Part shown: positions 1-12,272 of the stretch, piece after piece
Position numbering within the stretch: position 1 is the stretch's first letter
How the letters are laid out: each line of letters begins with the position of its first letter
Origin: Octopus sinensis
Lineage: Eukaryota
Reading direction: 5' to 3'
Assembly: GCF_006345805.1 (NCBI RefSeq)
Contig: NC_043011.1
Coordinates: forward strand, 67,034,464 to 67,098,463
DNA: 64,000 bases
Made by a program: the position numbers and the translations under genes
Notes under the pieces: generated by a model
What the model saw: the letters and a program-made list of their open reading frames with translations, nothing else
Told to the model about the DNA's origin: nothing
Databases searched by the model: none

Positions 1-67
1 CAGTCTGGTCACATTCTAATGGATGAAGAATGTGAAAGATAAAAGGAAAAATATTTTAGCCTCTAAG

Positions 68-1215
68 TATTTGGTCATCCCATAAATAATACGGTTCCTT
101 CAATTGCATAAACTAAAAGTCGGAGGTGGAACGGGATAAACTACCTGCGTCAACTTGCTATAAAAGCAGGAAGTAATTTTACCTTGTACTTATTCTTAGT
201 GTAAGTTTTGAAGAGTGCAGTTCAATTTTAACAGGTATTTTTTCAAACCTCTAATGGAAGTGACAAATTAGTATATTCAGTATATTTTGCTTTATGAGTT
301 CAATAATGGCAACAACGCAACGGAAAGTGCGAGGAATATTAATGCCGTATATGGGGATCGGACAATAAGCATAAGCATGTGTCAACGGTGGATCAAGAAA
401 TTCCGAGCCAAAAACTACAGCCTACCAAATGACTCTCAACCTAGAAGATCTGTAGAGCTCGACGAAGACATCCTGAAAAACCTGGTGTAACAAAATCCCA
501 TTGAAGAACTAGCATAGAAGCTTGGATTTGGTCATTCAAATATTCATCGACACCTACGTGCCATCGAAAAAGTTACAAACTGCCCGCGTCACGAATGAAC
601 AGTTTTTTTAATCGAATAGTACCTGTTGACGAAAAATGGGTTCTCTGTAAAATGTTGAGCTGGAGACAGGGTCGGGAAAGGAGAAACACCGGCAACCCAG
701 GCTGAAGAAGGTCTTCACCCACGTAAGGTGTTGTTATCTGTTTGATACAATGTGACATTTTTAGTCCACTTTGAACTTATGATAAGAAAGGAGATCTACT
801 CCGAGCAGCTTGAGAGGTCTAAGTCAGCGCTATAAGGAAAATGACCGTCTTTCAAGACGAAAATTGATCTTTCAACAGGATAATGCTCGGCCACATTCAG
901 CTAGGATGACATTCCAAAGGCTGGTGCAGTTTGAATGGGAAACGATACCCCACCCACCGTATTCGCCGAACGTTGGTCTATCTGAATATCATTTATTCCG
1001 CAATCTTCAAAATGAATTGGACTGAAAAATATGAATTCTGTAGACGAAGTCAGTAGAGTAAAGGAGGATTATTTTCCGTCACGGACAAATGAATTTTGGA
1101 AGAGGGTCCCTTGCAATTGTGCCAGATATGTGGAAGAGCATTGTAGAATATTGAAAGAGAATATATTTTAGTTCGTTTTTGGATTTGGCTTGCAAGATTC
1201 TTTATGAGTTCGTGT
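68..1215 (+). mobile_element. Decayed mariner (Mos1/SETMAR-like) DNA transposon
   Basis: ORF 287-490 (MLYEF...NATESARNINAVYG...CQRW) resembles the mariner HTH. ORF 810-1025 has QQDNARPHSA and HPPYSPNVGLSEYHLF, a variant of YSPDLAPSDYHLF. TIR-like TATTTGGTCATCCCATAAAT at 68; right TIR not clearly found. Confidence 0.85.
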
Positions 1216-1230
1216 GTTGAAGCATATTTT

Positions 1231-1411
1231 TTGTGTTTGGGGAGAGTCATTTTCTTTTTGTGCCTTAATATGTAACACACTCACCGGTAAAATTTGTTGC
1301 AAGACGCAACGAAAATTTTAGGAAAATAAAAATAAGAAAAAAGTGGAAATTTTACCGGTGAGTGTGTTACATTATAAGGCGCAAAAAGAAAATGACTGTC
1401 CCCAGACACAA
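1231..1411. mobile_element. MITE, ~180 bp with ~65-bp terminal inverted repeats
   Basis: 1231-1295 (ttgtgtttggggagagtcattttc...caccggtaaaattt) is the near-perfect reverse complement of ~1347-1411; non-coding interior. Confidence 0.8.
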
Positions 1412-4249
1412 CAGTATATATTTTAGTTTGCAAAAAGAATTTGTTTCTCTTAATCTTGAAAAATACAAGCAGTATGGAGAAATACATCATTAACGGGATG
1501 ACCCGATATATTATGGAGAAGTTATTATGTGACAAAGTCAGAAATAAAAGTTTACTTGATTTTCTTTGTTGTATACAAATTACATACAACATAGAGACAT
1601 TTTATTGGCTGGATGTGCATTGTTAATGTAAAAAAATGATGGAGTCAAATAAACCAGATTGTGTTGCAAAATCAATTGATTCGCTACGTTGATAGCGATC
1701 TTGAAAGTAGTATTTGTAATTTTATGGGATTACTCAATGCAAAGACAGCAGCTTCTAAATTTCAAAGACGATATTTGTGAAAAAAAAGTGCTTGTTCCTT
1801 TAATTTAAGTAATTTCCAGTTTGGTATTCGGAAATAATTAGCATGACTGCATTTCGCCTTAATCTTTGAAATATTTTGTTAGGTAAGCAGTAAACTTTAT
1901 CTTCACGTCCCACACTTCCGGTTTGTTGTTTTGAACTTAAGTTTTAGATGAACACCCTTTTGAAGTGTAATGAATTCATTCTCCAAATTTTCATATTCCG
2001 CATCTGAAATTAGATTACGTATTCTTTTATTGAACTGTGTGATATTTCTCTATGGCGATATCTGTCACATCCTTCTTTATACATCTCGCTCAGCGTGCAC
2101 AATATGTCTGTAGTTCATACTTTGATATACATATATCATAGAATATAGATATCTATGAGAACTGGAGATGCTAGATTCAAGATATGTTATGCTTTATAAC
2201 TGCATTTCATCTTAGAAACCTGAAGTGTTGTGATCTGACATGGATCAGGTTAATCTGATATTATTGCATTTCCAGAATAACCGTTTTCAATATTCTGAAT
2301 ACCAAGAACAATGTAAGAGCAACAAAATAAAATATCGCCGTTGATAATCTTTGGTTCCGCAGACAGAAAATCAGGTCTTAAAAGAATGCATCAAGTAGTG
2401 CAACGTTAACAGACATCCGCACAATTTCAGTGTGCAAAAATGCAACAACAAAGGAACAAAATCTCCATCATCCTTAGAGCATAGCAAAAGCAACACCCGG
2501 GTGTTGTGTGTACGTACCTTATTTTGCATCGATAATTGTACTTAAAGTCCTAAATTATCTGAGATATCGACGGTGTTATTGAATCTACGTGTTAACTGGC
2601 GATTACTCTATATACGCTACAAGGTGTGTCACTTTCTGATGAAAAAGACAAAGCTGATGACATGCCGTCGATGGCATTCTATGTTATAAATGTAGAAGTG
2701 CGTGTAAATGAATGCTTTTCAGAACAGCGCTGCTTTAATCCCCATTATTGTATCTGCTTCTTGCTGTCATGTACATTAGAAACCGTGTCAAACACAATCA
2801 AACATGAATGGATCTAGTCTTTAATATAAAGGATATTTGAGAATGCTTTTTTTCTTTTTTTTATTGATGAAGATAAAGTAAGCTTGTAGCGTTATAAATA
2901 TTATCGGGCTTCCGAACTGTATAACAATAGACATATATATTGAGCCAGATGTTCCACTGTTCTCAAGAAATAATATTTATTTGCTACAAAAGAGGGACAC
3001 AGTCGTGTATATTAGCGTATTGTTGTCAGAAACATGGTTGAAATGTCATATAATAATTTAAATGACAAGCTAATGACTTCTAAGTAGATATAAAAGATGT
3101 TTCAAAGCCTTTTATAAAACAAATTGCCTCCTGTCCTTTAGGTATGGATTTTCTACTTACTTTAAGTTGTACAATAGCGAGAAACAATTGACGGTAGGAG
3201 GATCTTCTGCGTATCAATTATCTCCCTTTCCCCAGGTCATCACACCTGATCTCATGGCGATCAAAATATGTCATTTCAAATTTGTCAGCAACGAAAACTC
3301 TCCTGAATACCTCCACCAGTGAACACGCTCCAGGTTAGATACTTTCGCACATCGCACGTTAACGCTCACCCAGTAGGATATCGAGAATTTACCTGTTCAC
3401 ACAGGAGGATGCTTTTGTTTAAAACTAACTTCCTTGACGAGAAATACTTTCGCAGAAACACCAACATCAAGTTGTAGAAGAACAATTATGGAAACTATTC
3501 CCCGCTAATAAAATAGAACTAGAAGTAAAAATGATCCTACAAAAATATACCTTAAATAATAGTACCTCACAAACACTTCTCTATATTAATAATAATTTTA
3601 GGTCTCCCGCAAATATATCCTGAATGCTGTCCACGTCATTTCTTATAGCTCAAGCAACAAGACGTTACGCGGCAGAAGTGTGCATTATGACACAAACAGC
3701 AGTGTGCTGGCAGAGCCTCAAGGAACGGAAGAGAATAACTTGCTTTGTTCAGAATGTATGCTTTTCGACGGTTATCCTCGGTGTTACTATCTAAACAAAA
3801 CAATGAGAAAGGAATCACTTCAGAGAACAAAACAAAATGTATATAAAGGTATAATAGGCCCTGGTTACAGAGATCACCTCTAAGCACACATATTCTGTCT
3901 TGCCAGTGCCACTAGGAACACTGCCGTTATTTTACCCTGTAATAAAAGACTCACCGCTGATTATGTCATAAGCTAGATTAGGCAAAATTCCGACAACATA
4001 TCATTCGCTAAGAAGCACCAATGCGAATGTCTCGCAATTAAATAGACACTTTGTTACTTCAACTGGGGCGACTATAGTGAATCGTCAACTTCTCACATCC
4101 ATATTACCCACTGGCATGGGTTGGACGTTTTGACATGTAAGATTTGAAGGACCAAGAACTGCATTTTGTTCCAGTATCTGCATTTAGGATTTCTATGAGC
4201 GTATGAAGTCATAATATCAATCACTTTATAGCGTGTACTGAGTGCTTTT

Positions 4250-4760
4250 TGCGTGCCACCGTCGCAAGCGATGTCACTATAGAGCCTTTTCTGGCCCAAA
4301 AGCTGAGGGAAGGAGCTAGCAGATGAGCGTGAAGATACGCGATAAGTAGTAGGGTAGAGCACGTTCGTGTTGTAGGGGAGCTACATGACAATTCACTTCT
4401 AAGAGTGCAATTATATGGCAGAGAGATATGGCACTGACAATAATTATCAAACGGGCTAAATGGATACTACACAAAGAAGCTACGAATGACCTTAAATCTG
4501 ACATTGAAACGTGCCGAAAATTAGCGAGAGCATCAAGCAAATTCGGCTGCGGTCATGTGATCGCTTCATGCGCCACCCTGATATGAAAGCATCCAAATAA
4601 GACTTTGTGGAACACAGTTCATGATGATGCAAGAAGAGGTAAACATCGTCCCATTTACATCGACAAATCGATTGCAAATACCGGACCGGAATGTATTCAG
4701 GACATCGAAGCGGGAATGATGATGGACCTAGTAGCGTGGGGGATATTGTTTGTTTCGGCC
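4250..4760 (+). pseudogene. RTE/RTE-X LINE 3' remnant
   Basis: Frameshifted translation LYGREIW-ALT...RHP...TLWNTVHDDARRGKHRPIYIDKSIANTG...MMMDLVAW resembles the RTE-X ORF C-terminus. Confidence 0.6.
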
Positions 4761-4987
4761 CGGAGTGTGACCCGGCCATAATAATAAGTGTCTACCGCTC
4801 CCAGTTTGTTGAACAGATAGATATTCTAGGGATTTCATACATACACGAATTCATACGTACTCCCGTACGATTGCTTCGAAAACACGAGATTCCATACCCA
4901 GATTAGAAATTCACATTTATACAAGAAATGAGAGGTGCACTGGTTTCTGTTACTAAGATTCCTAAGGCGTGGAATTCTATAGGGGTA

Positions 4988-5144
4988 GGAGTGACTGTGT
5001 GGTAAGTAGCTTGCTTACCAACCACATCGTTCCGGGTCCAGTCCCACTGCGTGGCATCTTGAGCAAGTTTCTTCTGCTATAGGCTCGGGCCGACCAAAGC
5101 CTTGTGAGTGAATTTGGTAGACGGAAACTGAAAGAAGCCCGTCG

Positions 5145-5225
<81 letters not shown>

Positions 5226-5432
5226 TGTGTGTGTACGTGTGGGTGTGTGTGTGTGCATGTATATGCTTTTGTGTCTGTATTTGTCCCCCCAACATCCCTT
5301 GACAACCGATGCTGCTGTGTTTACGTCCCCGTAACTTAGCGGTTTGGCAAAAGAGACCGATAGAATAAGTACTAGGCTTACAACAAATAAGTCCTGGGGT
5401 CGATTTGCTTGACTATAGGCGGTGCTCCAGCA
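4988..5432 (+). mobile_element. tRNA-derived SINE family A with internal (TA)n(TG)n
   Basis: GGAGTGRCTGTGTGG (A-box-like) and GGKTCMAGTCCC (B-box-like) head; same sequence recurs at 9.4, 30.3, 41.0, 53.6 and 62.5 kb. Confidence 0.9.
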
Positions 5433-5605
5433 TACAATTTTCAGAAAAGGGAATCAACGGGCTACCTATCAATATATTTGCATAAGCTTGTGTGTATGTG
5501 TGTGAGTGTATGTGTATCTGCACGTATCTCTGTGTTTGTATGTGTATACGTGCGTGAATGAAAGGCCATTTCATTTGGAAATATGATGATTAAGTAGCTA
5601 CTCAC

Positions 5606-5645
5606 CGACGACGAAAAATAAGATAAAGATACAAGATTTCGTCAT
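5606..5645 (-). CDS. Candidate first coding exon, signal-peptide-like MTKSCIFILFFVV (gene copy B)
   Basis: ATG + 13 codons + G then G|GTGAGT donor; paralogous to 26924-26963, with the same length, phase and upstream ACACAAATAAGT. Confidence 0.6.
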
Positions 5646-5707
5646 ACTTATTTGTGTTAAATAGAAGGTTACATGGAGAAATATATATCGTGGCATTTTC
5701 TAAACTC

Positions 5708-5713
5708 TTTATA
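5708..5713 (-). promoter_or_regulatory. Candidate TATA box of gene copy B
   Basis: TATAAA ~63 nt upstream of the ATG; conserved at 27023-27028, ~60 nt upstream of the paralog's ATG. Confidence 0.4.
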
Positions 5714-6026
5714 AGCGCTGCTAACAGATGTTATTTTGACTCACTAAAACAGATATAAATATGATGTATGTGATGTTATTACACATAAGTCTTTTCGTTG
5801 TCCAAAAGCCAAAGAATATATTAGACCTTTATACAGATGTTTTAGATGTCAAACATTTAAATGATTTTGAAATACTAATTCGGTGAGAATTATAATATAT
5901 TCATTGACTTTTATTTCCATCGTGCAGCCATTGTTTTCATTTCATATATACATATGTGTGGTGTGTGTATACCTGTGTGTGTCTCTGTGTGTGCGTGTCT
6001 CTGTGTCTGTATGAGAGTGTGTCTGT

Positions 6027-6061
<35 letters not shown>

Positions 6062-6740
6062 GCACTCGAAAGCATGTGTGTGTCTGTGCGTATAAGGGTG
6101 CTGAAAAGTTACTAATTTTAAGTTATAGAGAACACAGGTGGATCAATTCATTATTGCCTAATTCATTAGATTCTATTAGATTCATTTACTTATTGCAGCT
6201 ATCCTTCGGGTTTTTGTTCCTAAGCCTTCTAAAGCAACTCGTAATGTGGGGCTTCTACGCAGGCTTTTCGTGACACCTGTAATGTCAGGAACTCCACAGC
6301 ACATTCTGTATGTGTAAGCGTGCATGTGTGTAATAGTTTGCTTTGACAATGTAATGTCAGAGGTTCAAAATTTGTTCCAGCTTTTGAAAATTCAGTCACT
6401 GGATGTGGCGCTTAATTTTTTAACGGAATATTAAAAAGGTTCACAAAGAAATGTAAGTGGTGTTTAAGCTGGCTAGTTTTTTGTGTTTATTTGTTTTTAT
6501 TTGGGAGGTGTGGTTATTACTCAAGCATGTCTTCTTGCTGTTAGTATAGAACTGTGTTTATACCGTTCTTTGATGTTCACAGAATAATGTAGGTCGGTGT
6601 AAATCTTTTTTGTCTGTGTTCCTTGGTCTATACGCAAATTGGATTGTATGTAGACATTTTAACCATTGTATTTTATGGAGTCAGAATTTGCGGGGTATGA
6701 TTTATAAAAACGTCTTCAATTCTGCCTATTTTATAATACA

Positions 6741-8179
6741 CTAGCAGTATCGCCCGGCGTTGCTTGGGTTTGTTTCGACCCGCTGGAATTGTAATTTTGA
6801 AAAGTAAAAAGTTTGTGAACATTTTTCTGGTCGAAATACACCGAAAAGTGGCGACACAGCAGTGGAAAAATCGTAAAAAATAGGGATTTTCATAGAAAAA
6901 AGCATCTTTTTGATGTAAATAATTTTTGGTGTTAATATGGTCCGATTTGAATTTTATGTTCTACGGAAGGAAGAGCGACCCTTCTACCATACTCTCAATT
7001 TTGGTCAACTTGCGCCGCAGGGTCTCGGAGGAGATAGTGTTAGTTGAAGGTTACCATTGTAGGTGCCTGAGTAACAACCTCGCGGATTTACAGATAAATG
7101 AATTAATTACTATTTTACAGAATAAAATTAAATAATTCTTGAAAATTAATTAATATTAATATTTTTTGAAGAAAGTAAATAATTTAAAAAACTAAATAAT
7201 AATTTTTTTTACACAAACGCGAACGGGGAAAAGGGGGTGGCGAATTCGATTTACATACCTAATTTTTTCTTTTTCATGACATTGTAGCAAAATAGTAGTG
7301 AATTATATAAATACCAGCAGTACATTTGTTTTTCTGGGGTATTTTTTTCAACCTCGTCACATATTTTCCCCTTTCAATTTAAACAAGTCTTAATTAAGCA
7401 ATTACGGCAGCTTAGCAAGGTTTCAATACAGGCGTGACATCTGTATCTCAATTGTTCAAAACCCTTCGATTTTTTTCGCACGTGATGATATCATAGTGAA
7501 AACTTCAGTTATTTCTGTCTTTCACTCTGTCTGTCTCTTTACACACACTAACAAAAGCACTTCACTTACAACCCACACTTTCTGTGTCGCACAACCCATC
7601 AAACACACACACACACACACACACCACACTCACTCACGCACACATGTACATCAATGCTTTCGGAGTGAAATGTTAAAATATTGAGTTTTCTCGATTTTGT
7701 CTTAATTGGGGGTGAAATTGAAAGAAATATATTATGGCATGAGCGAATGGGGTACTTTGAAAAATCTTAGGTAAATTCTAATTGAAGAAATTGTGTGAGG
7801 AGTAAATCGTTATGTATTTATTTATTTCTGTTTGCTGTGTTTTTTTATTTTTTGAGTAGTGGTTTAAATACTTTCAGTTTAGTCTTCCTCAAATCACTCT
7901 GTCGCTATTTAGTTTCATTTTATTCGTTGCACACTGTGTGTGTGCGTTTGCGTGTGGTGTAAACCAGACTAAGAAAAGCATTTGACACACACACCAGAAT
8001 GTGAGTTTTCTGTAAATTTTGCTTAATTGGAGTTTAAATTTTAAAAACTGAACCTGGCATGACCCAATGCATTCTACTCTTAAAAATGCTAGGTAAATTG
8101 TAATTGAAGAAATCCTATATTGTAGATTTCTATAACTCCCAAAGGGAGGCAGATAAAATCTGCCTTTTATAATAAGAGA
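6741..8179 (-). mobile_element. Non-autonomous Helitron
   Basis: Minus strand reads A|TCTCTTATTATAAAAGGCAG... and ends CCCAAGCAACGCCGGGCG-ATACTG-CTAG|T: TC start, subterminal hairpin, CTAG end, A-T target. Related 3' part at 23755-24149. Confidence 0.75.
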
Positions 8180-8694
8180 TTATTTTAGGCCTCTGGCTAA
8201 ATAATAATCAAACACAAACTAAAATTGTCATTCACCCTATCGAAAACTCTAAAAACTACAGCAGCAATTTGCAACCACCAAAGATTGTCTAAAAGTGAAG
8301 AGAAAGACCTAGACCACAAACAATAAGTACAATTACCGAACACTTTCACCTTGTCTTCTAGAAGGATATTTCTCTCTCTCAAGATATGTCGTATATAGCG
8401 CAACGGTAGCCATATAGGATTTCAACATATACTACATCACTACACTTGGATCTTAAACTAGCTACAAATATATTAACTCAGTTCGCTTTGAAAGGCGCTT
8501 GCTGAAAGACCCCAAATGAAGTTGCACAGAAGATTATTCTGGGTTGAATAGGCAAATACACACAATGTGCAGTAGAAACACTTGTTGGTCAGTGCAGCCA
8601 CATGCTTGTGCTGTATGACCATAGGTATAATCAGAAGAAAATTTTGATATACATGTCTCTGTATTCTAATGTACTGTTACTGATATATATATAT

Positions 8695-8767
<73 letters not shown>

Positions 8768-8768
8768 C

Positions 8769-8813
<45 letters not shown>

Positions 8814-8851
8814 ACATATATATATATATATGCATGTATGTATATATATAC

Positions 8852-8897
<46 letters not shown>

Positions 8898-8924
8898 GTA
8901 TATATCCACACGTATATATGTATG

Positions 8925-9008
<84 letters not shown>

Positions 9009-9071
9009 TAAATCACTGGATGGGGTACTTTTTCTTTCCTTGCAAATTCCTCTATTATTGCAGCTGGACAA

Positions 9072-9642
9072 TATTGGGTTGTAACAACGTAATTTCGTTC
9101 ATCGAAAATAGATTTTAGTTACCATTTTTTTGAATGACATTTCTCAGTGTTGTGATTTTTACTTTTGACATTTGATTATCGTGTCTTTTAGCCTTCTTCG
9201 GAATCAAATTCTGCTTAATTTAGTTTACATCTGTTAGTTCAGTGTTAGTTTTAACATGGACTGCAAGAAGAAACATTTCCGCTATATTTTGCTTCTTTTT
9301 TTACGTAAATGCAAGAAATCTGTTGAGGCGCACAGATGGATGGGGGAAGTTTATGGTGTTGACTGCTTAACAAAACGCATTGGTCAGAAATAATTTTAAA
9401 GATTCCGTCATTTTACTCTTTTACTTGTTTCAGTCATTTGACTGCGGCCATGCTAGAGAACCGCCTTTAGTCGAGCAAATCGACCCAGGACTTATTCTTT
9501 GTAAGCCTAGTACTTATTCTATCGCTCGCTCTTGCCGAACCGCTAAGTTACGGGTACGTAAACACACCACCATCGGTTGTCAAGCGATGTTGGGGGAACA
9601 AACACAAACACACAAACATATACACATACATAATACATACAA

Positions 9643-9715
<73 letters not shown>

Positions 9716-10926
9716 GAGAGAGAGATAGATAGATAGATATACACACATATATACGACGAGCTTCTTTCAGTTCCGTCAACCAAATCCACTCACAAGGCTT
9801 TGGTCGGCCTGAGAATATAGTAGAAGACACTTGCCGAAGGTGCCACGCAGTGGGAATGAACCTGGAACCATGTGCTTGGTAAGCAAGCTACTTACCACAC
9901 AGCCACTCCTGCGTCTGATTTAATAATACCCATTCTTTTCCTCTTTTATTTGTTTCAGTCATTTGACTGCGGCTATGCTGGAGCACCGCCTTTAGTCGAG
10001 CAAATCGACCCCGGAAATTTTTCGCTCCCGAAAATTTGACCAATGTTCTGGTCGACCTACTGCAGTTGATGATGACTGAATGAAAGACATATTTGAATCT
10101 CACGCATAGCTGTCATATAACTATGCCTCAGATTGCCTAAAGATTACATTTATCACACATAACAACTGAAAATCCCCTGCAATGCCTTGGACTCATTAAA
10201 AAGCTCGATATCTGTGTTCCACATAAATTGAAAGATATTCTCCTAACGCAATGAATCAATATTTTCAATATGCATCTCAATCGCAATGGAATAGCCTTTT
10301 CTTTTAAACGAATCATCACTGGTGATGAAAATGGGATGGCTATAATAACATCAATCGAAAACGAAAGCTGAATTGCATTTAAAAAAACATGCTGGCATTT
10401 TGTTAGGATTACACGGGTGTTGTGCATTTTGCGCTGTTTCCAAGGAACCAAACGATCAATTCAGATGTTTACGTTCCACAACTAATGAAACTGGAGGAAG
10501 AAATCAAAGACAAACGATTAGAATTCGCAAATCGTAAAGGAATCATATTCCACCATGACAACGCAAGACCATGCACGTCTTTTCTAACTTGTGAAAAATT
10601 ATTGGATCTTGGTTGGGAAGTGATGTCACATCCACCGTATAGTCCTGACCTTGCACCATCAGATTACCATTTATTTCGACATTTACAAAATTCTTTAAAT
10701 GCTGAAATTTTCAATAAGTTAAGGATGTGAAATCGCACTTCAGCTTTTGTCTGATAAGGACCAGACATTCTATGAGCGCGGAATGATAACGTTTCCAGAA
10801 AGATGGCAAAAGGTTAACGAACAAAGTACAAAATATATAATTGATTGAAGTTCATTCTTTGCCAGGGAAAAATGATTTGTATTTCACTCTAAATAAAACC
10901 GAAATTACTTTGTTGCCACCCTAATA
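9072..10926 (+). mobile_element. Mariner transposon with both TIRs, interrupted by SINEs
   Basis: TIRs TA-TTGGGTTGTAACAACGTAATTTCG / CGAAATTACTTTGTTGCCACCCTAA-TA. N-terminus MDCKKKHFRYILL at ~9257; ITGDE at ~10315; FHHDNARP...YSPDLAPSDYHLF in ORF 10422-10730. About 1.25 kb after removing the SINE insert. Confidence 0.9.
9416..9909 (-). mobile_element. SINE family A, full length, inside the mariner; extra 3' fragment at 9941-10013
   Basis: Reverse complement of the 4988/41022 copies. Confidence 0.9.
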
Positions 10927-11043
10927 GATGTAACAGTGCCATCAATAGTCGAACTGAACTTTGTAATGAACGAAACTTCTGATTTAATTGCTAATTACCA
11001 AAAAAAAAGCACATACTCCTACATATAAGAACATCTTGTTTAT

Positions 11044-11103
11044 TTATATATGCATTGGTAACATGGCGGTGATTGCAGTAAACAATACTGTTTTAAACTT
11101 CAT
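11044..11103 (-). CDS. Candidate terminal exon of gene copy A (MKFKTVLFTAITAMLPMHI* in phase 0, or immediate stop in phase 2)
   Basis: Strong acceptor gtgtttgtcttttatttgcag|ATGAAG; AATAAA and ATTAAA downstream; same ATGAAG start as the 28528 exon. Confidence 0.4.
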   Translation of the reverse strand: MKFKTVLFTAITAMLPMHI

Positions 11104-11295
11104 CTGCAAATAAAAGACAAACACATTTATTCAACTAATGACGCTGATGAAAAATGTAAATTCGATAAGGTACAAGTTCAGTAGATTGCAATATTGTAGA
11201 GTCATTTCATACTGGTTTTCTTAGTTCAAGGTCGAGTAGCGCGAATATCACATTTTTAATTGATATAAAAGTACAGTTCAATAAAACTTTTATTC

Positions 11296-11383
11296 GCAAC
11301 AACAACAACAATAATAATAATAATCTAATAATATAATAATAATAATAATAATAATGATAAAATAATAATAATAATATAATAAA

Positions 11384-11425
<42 letters not shown>

Positions 11426-11433
11426 TAATAATG

Positions 11434-11479
<46 letters not shown>

Positions 11480-11612
11480 TAATGATGATAATAAAATAAA
11501 ATAATATAATAATGATAATAATAATAATAATAATAATAAAATAAAATAATAATGATAATAATAATAATATAATAATAATAAAATAATAAAAATAATAATA
11601 ATGATGATAATG

Positions 11613-11651
<39 letters not shown>

Positions 11652-11748
11652 TAAAAATAATAATGATAATAATAATAATAATCATAAAATATAATAATAT
11701 AATAATATAATAATAATAAAAATAATAATGATAATAATAATAATAAAA
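11296..11748. repeat. Long imperfect (TAA)n microsatellite
   Basis: Direct reading. Confidence 0.95.
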
Positions 11749-12272
11749 TTACGCAGATATATGATTGAAGCACGTGAGTGATTCCAACGGTTACCATACG
11801 TGAATGACTGTATGTATGCGTGTATTTGCGTGTATATGTTTCACTATATAAACATGAAGATATGTGTGTGTGTAAAATGTGACGTGTCTGGAATGTTACA
11901 ACAACGCAGAGTTTACTATAATAACTGTTAGAAATAATTTGATTATTTAGAGTCTAATATTTCGGAATATAAAGATTCCTTCTTTAGAAATTGCAAGGAA
12001 GTAACGGAGTCTATGTTATAACGGTTACTAAAATCAGTAGGAATTTATATTCTGAAATATTATATGAGTCTATGAATAATTAAATCATTTATAATAATTA
12101 TTATAGTCCTCTTTGCAGTTGGGCCATTCCAGACACTTTACATTCCATAAACAATACACAATGTTTCCAGTGAACTACAATACTCTCTTTCTCTCTCTCT
12201 CTCTCTTTATATATATAGATAGAGAGATCAATAAATGGTGGGGTTGTGTTGACCGCACGTGGAGAAATGATA

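Noticed and set aside
1890-2002. Minus-strand acceptor ctaatttcag|ATGCGG (DAEYENLENEFITLQK...)
   Set aside because: No convincing donor and no paralog.
3151-3196. Possible 46-nt minus-strand exon (EDPPTVNCFSLLYNL) for gene copy B
   Set aside because: Correct phase but pyrimidine-poor acceptor, no paralog near copy A, and the surroundings look repeat-derived.
4988-5060. tRNA-like heads
   Set aside because: They are SINE 5' ends, without a complete cloverleaf.
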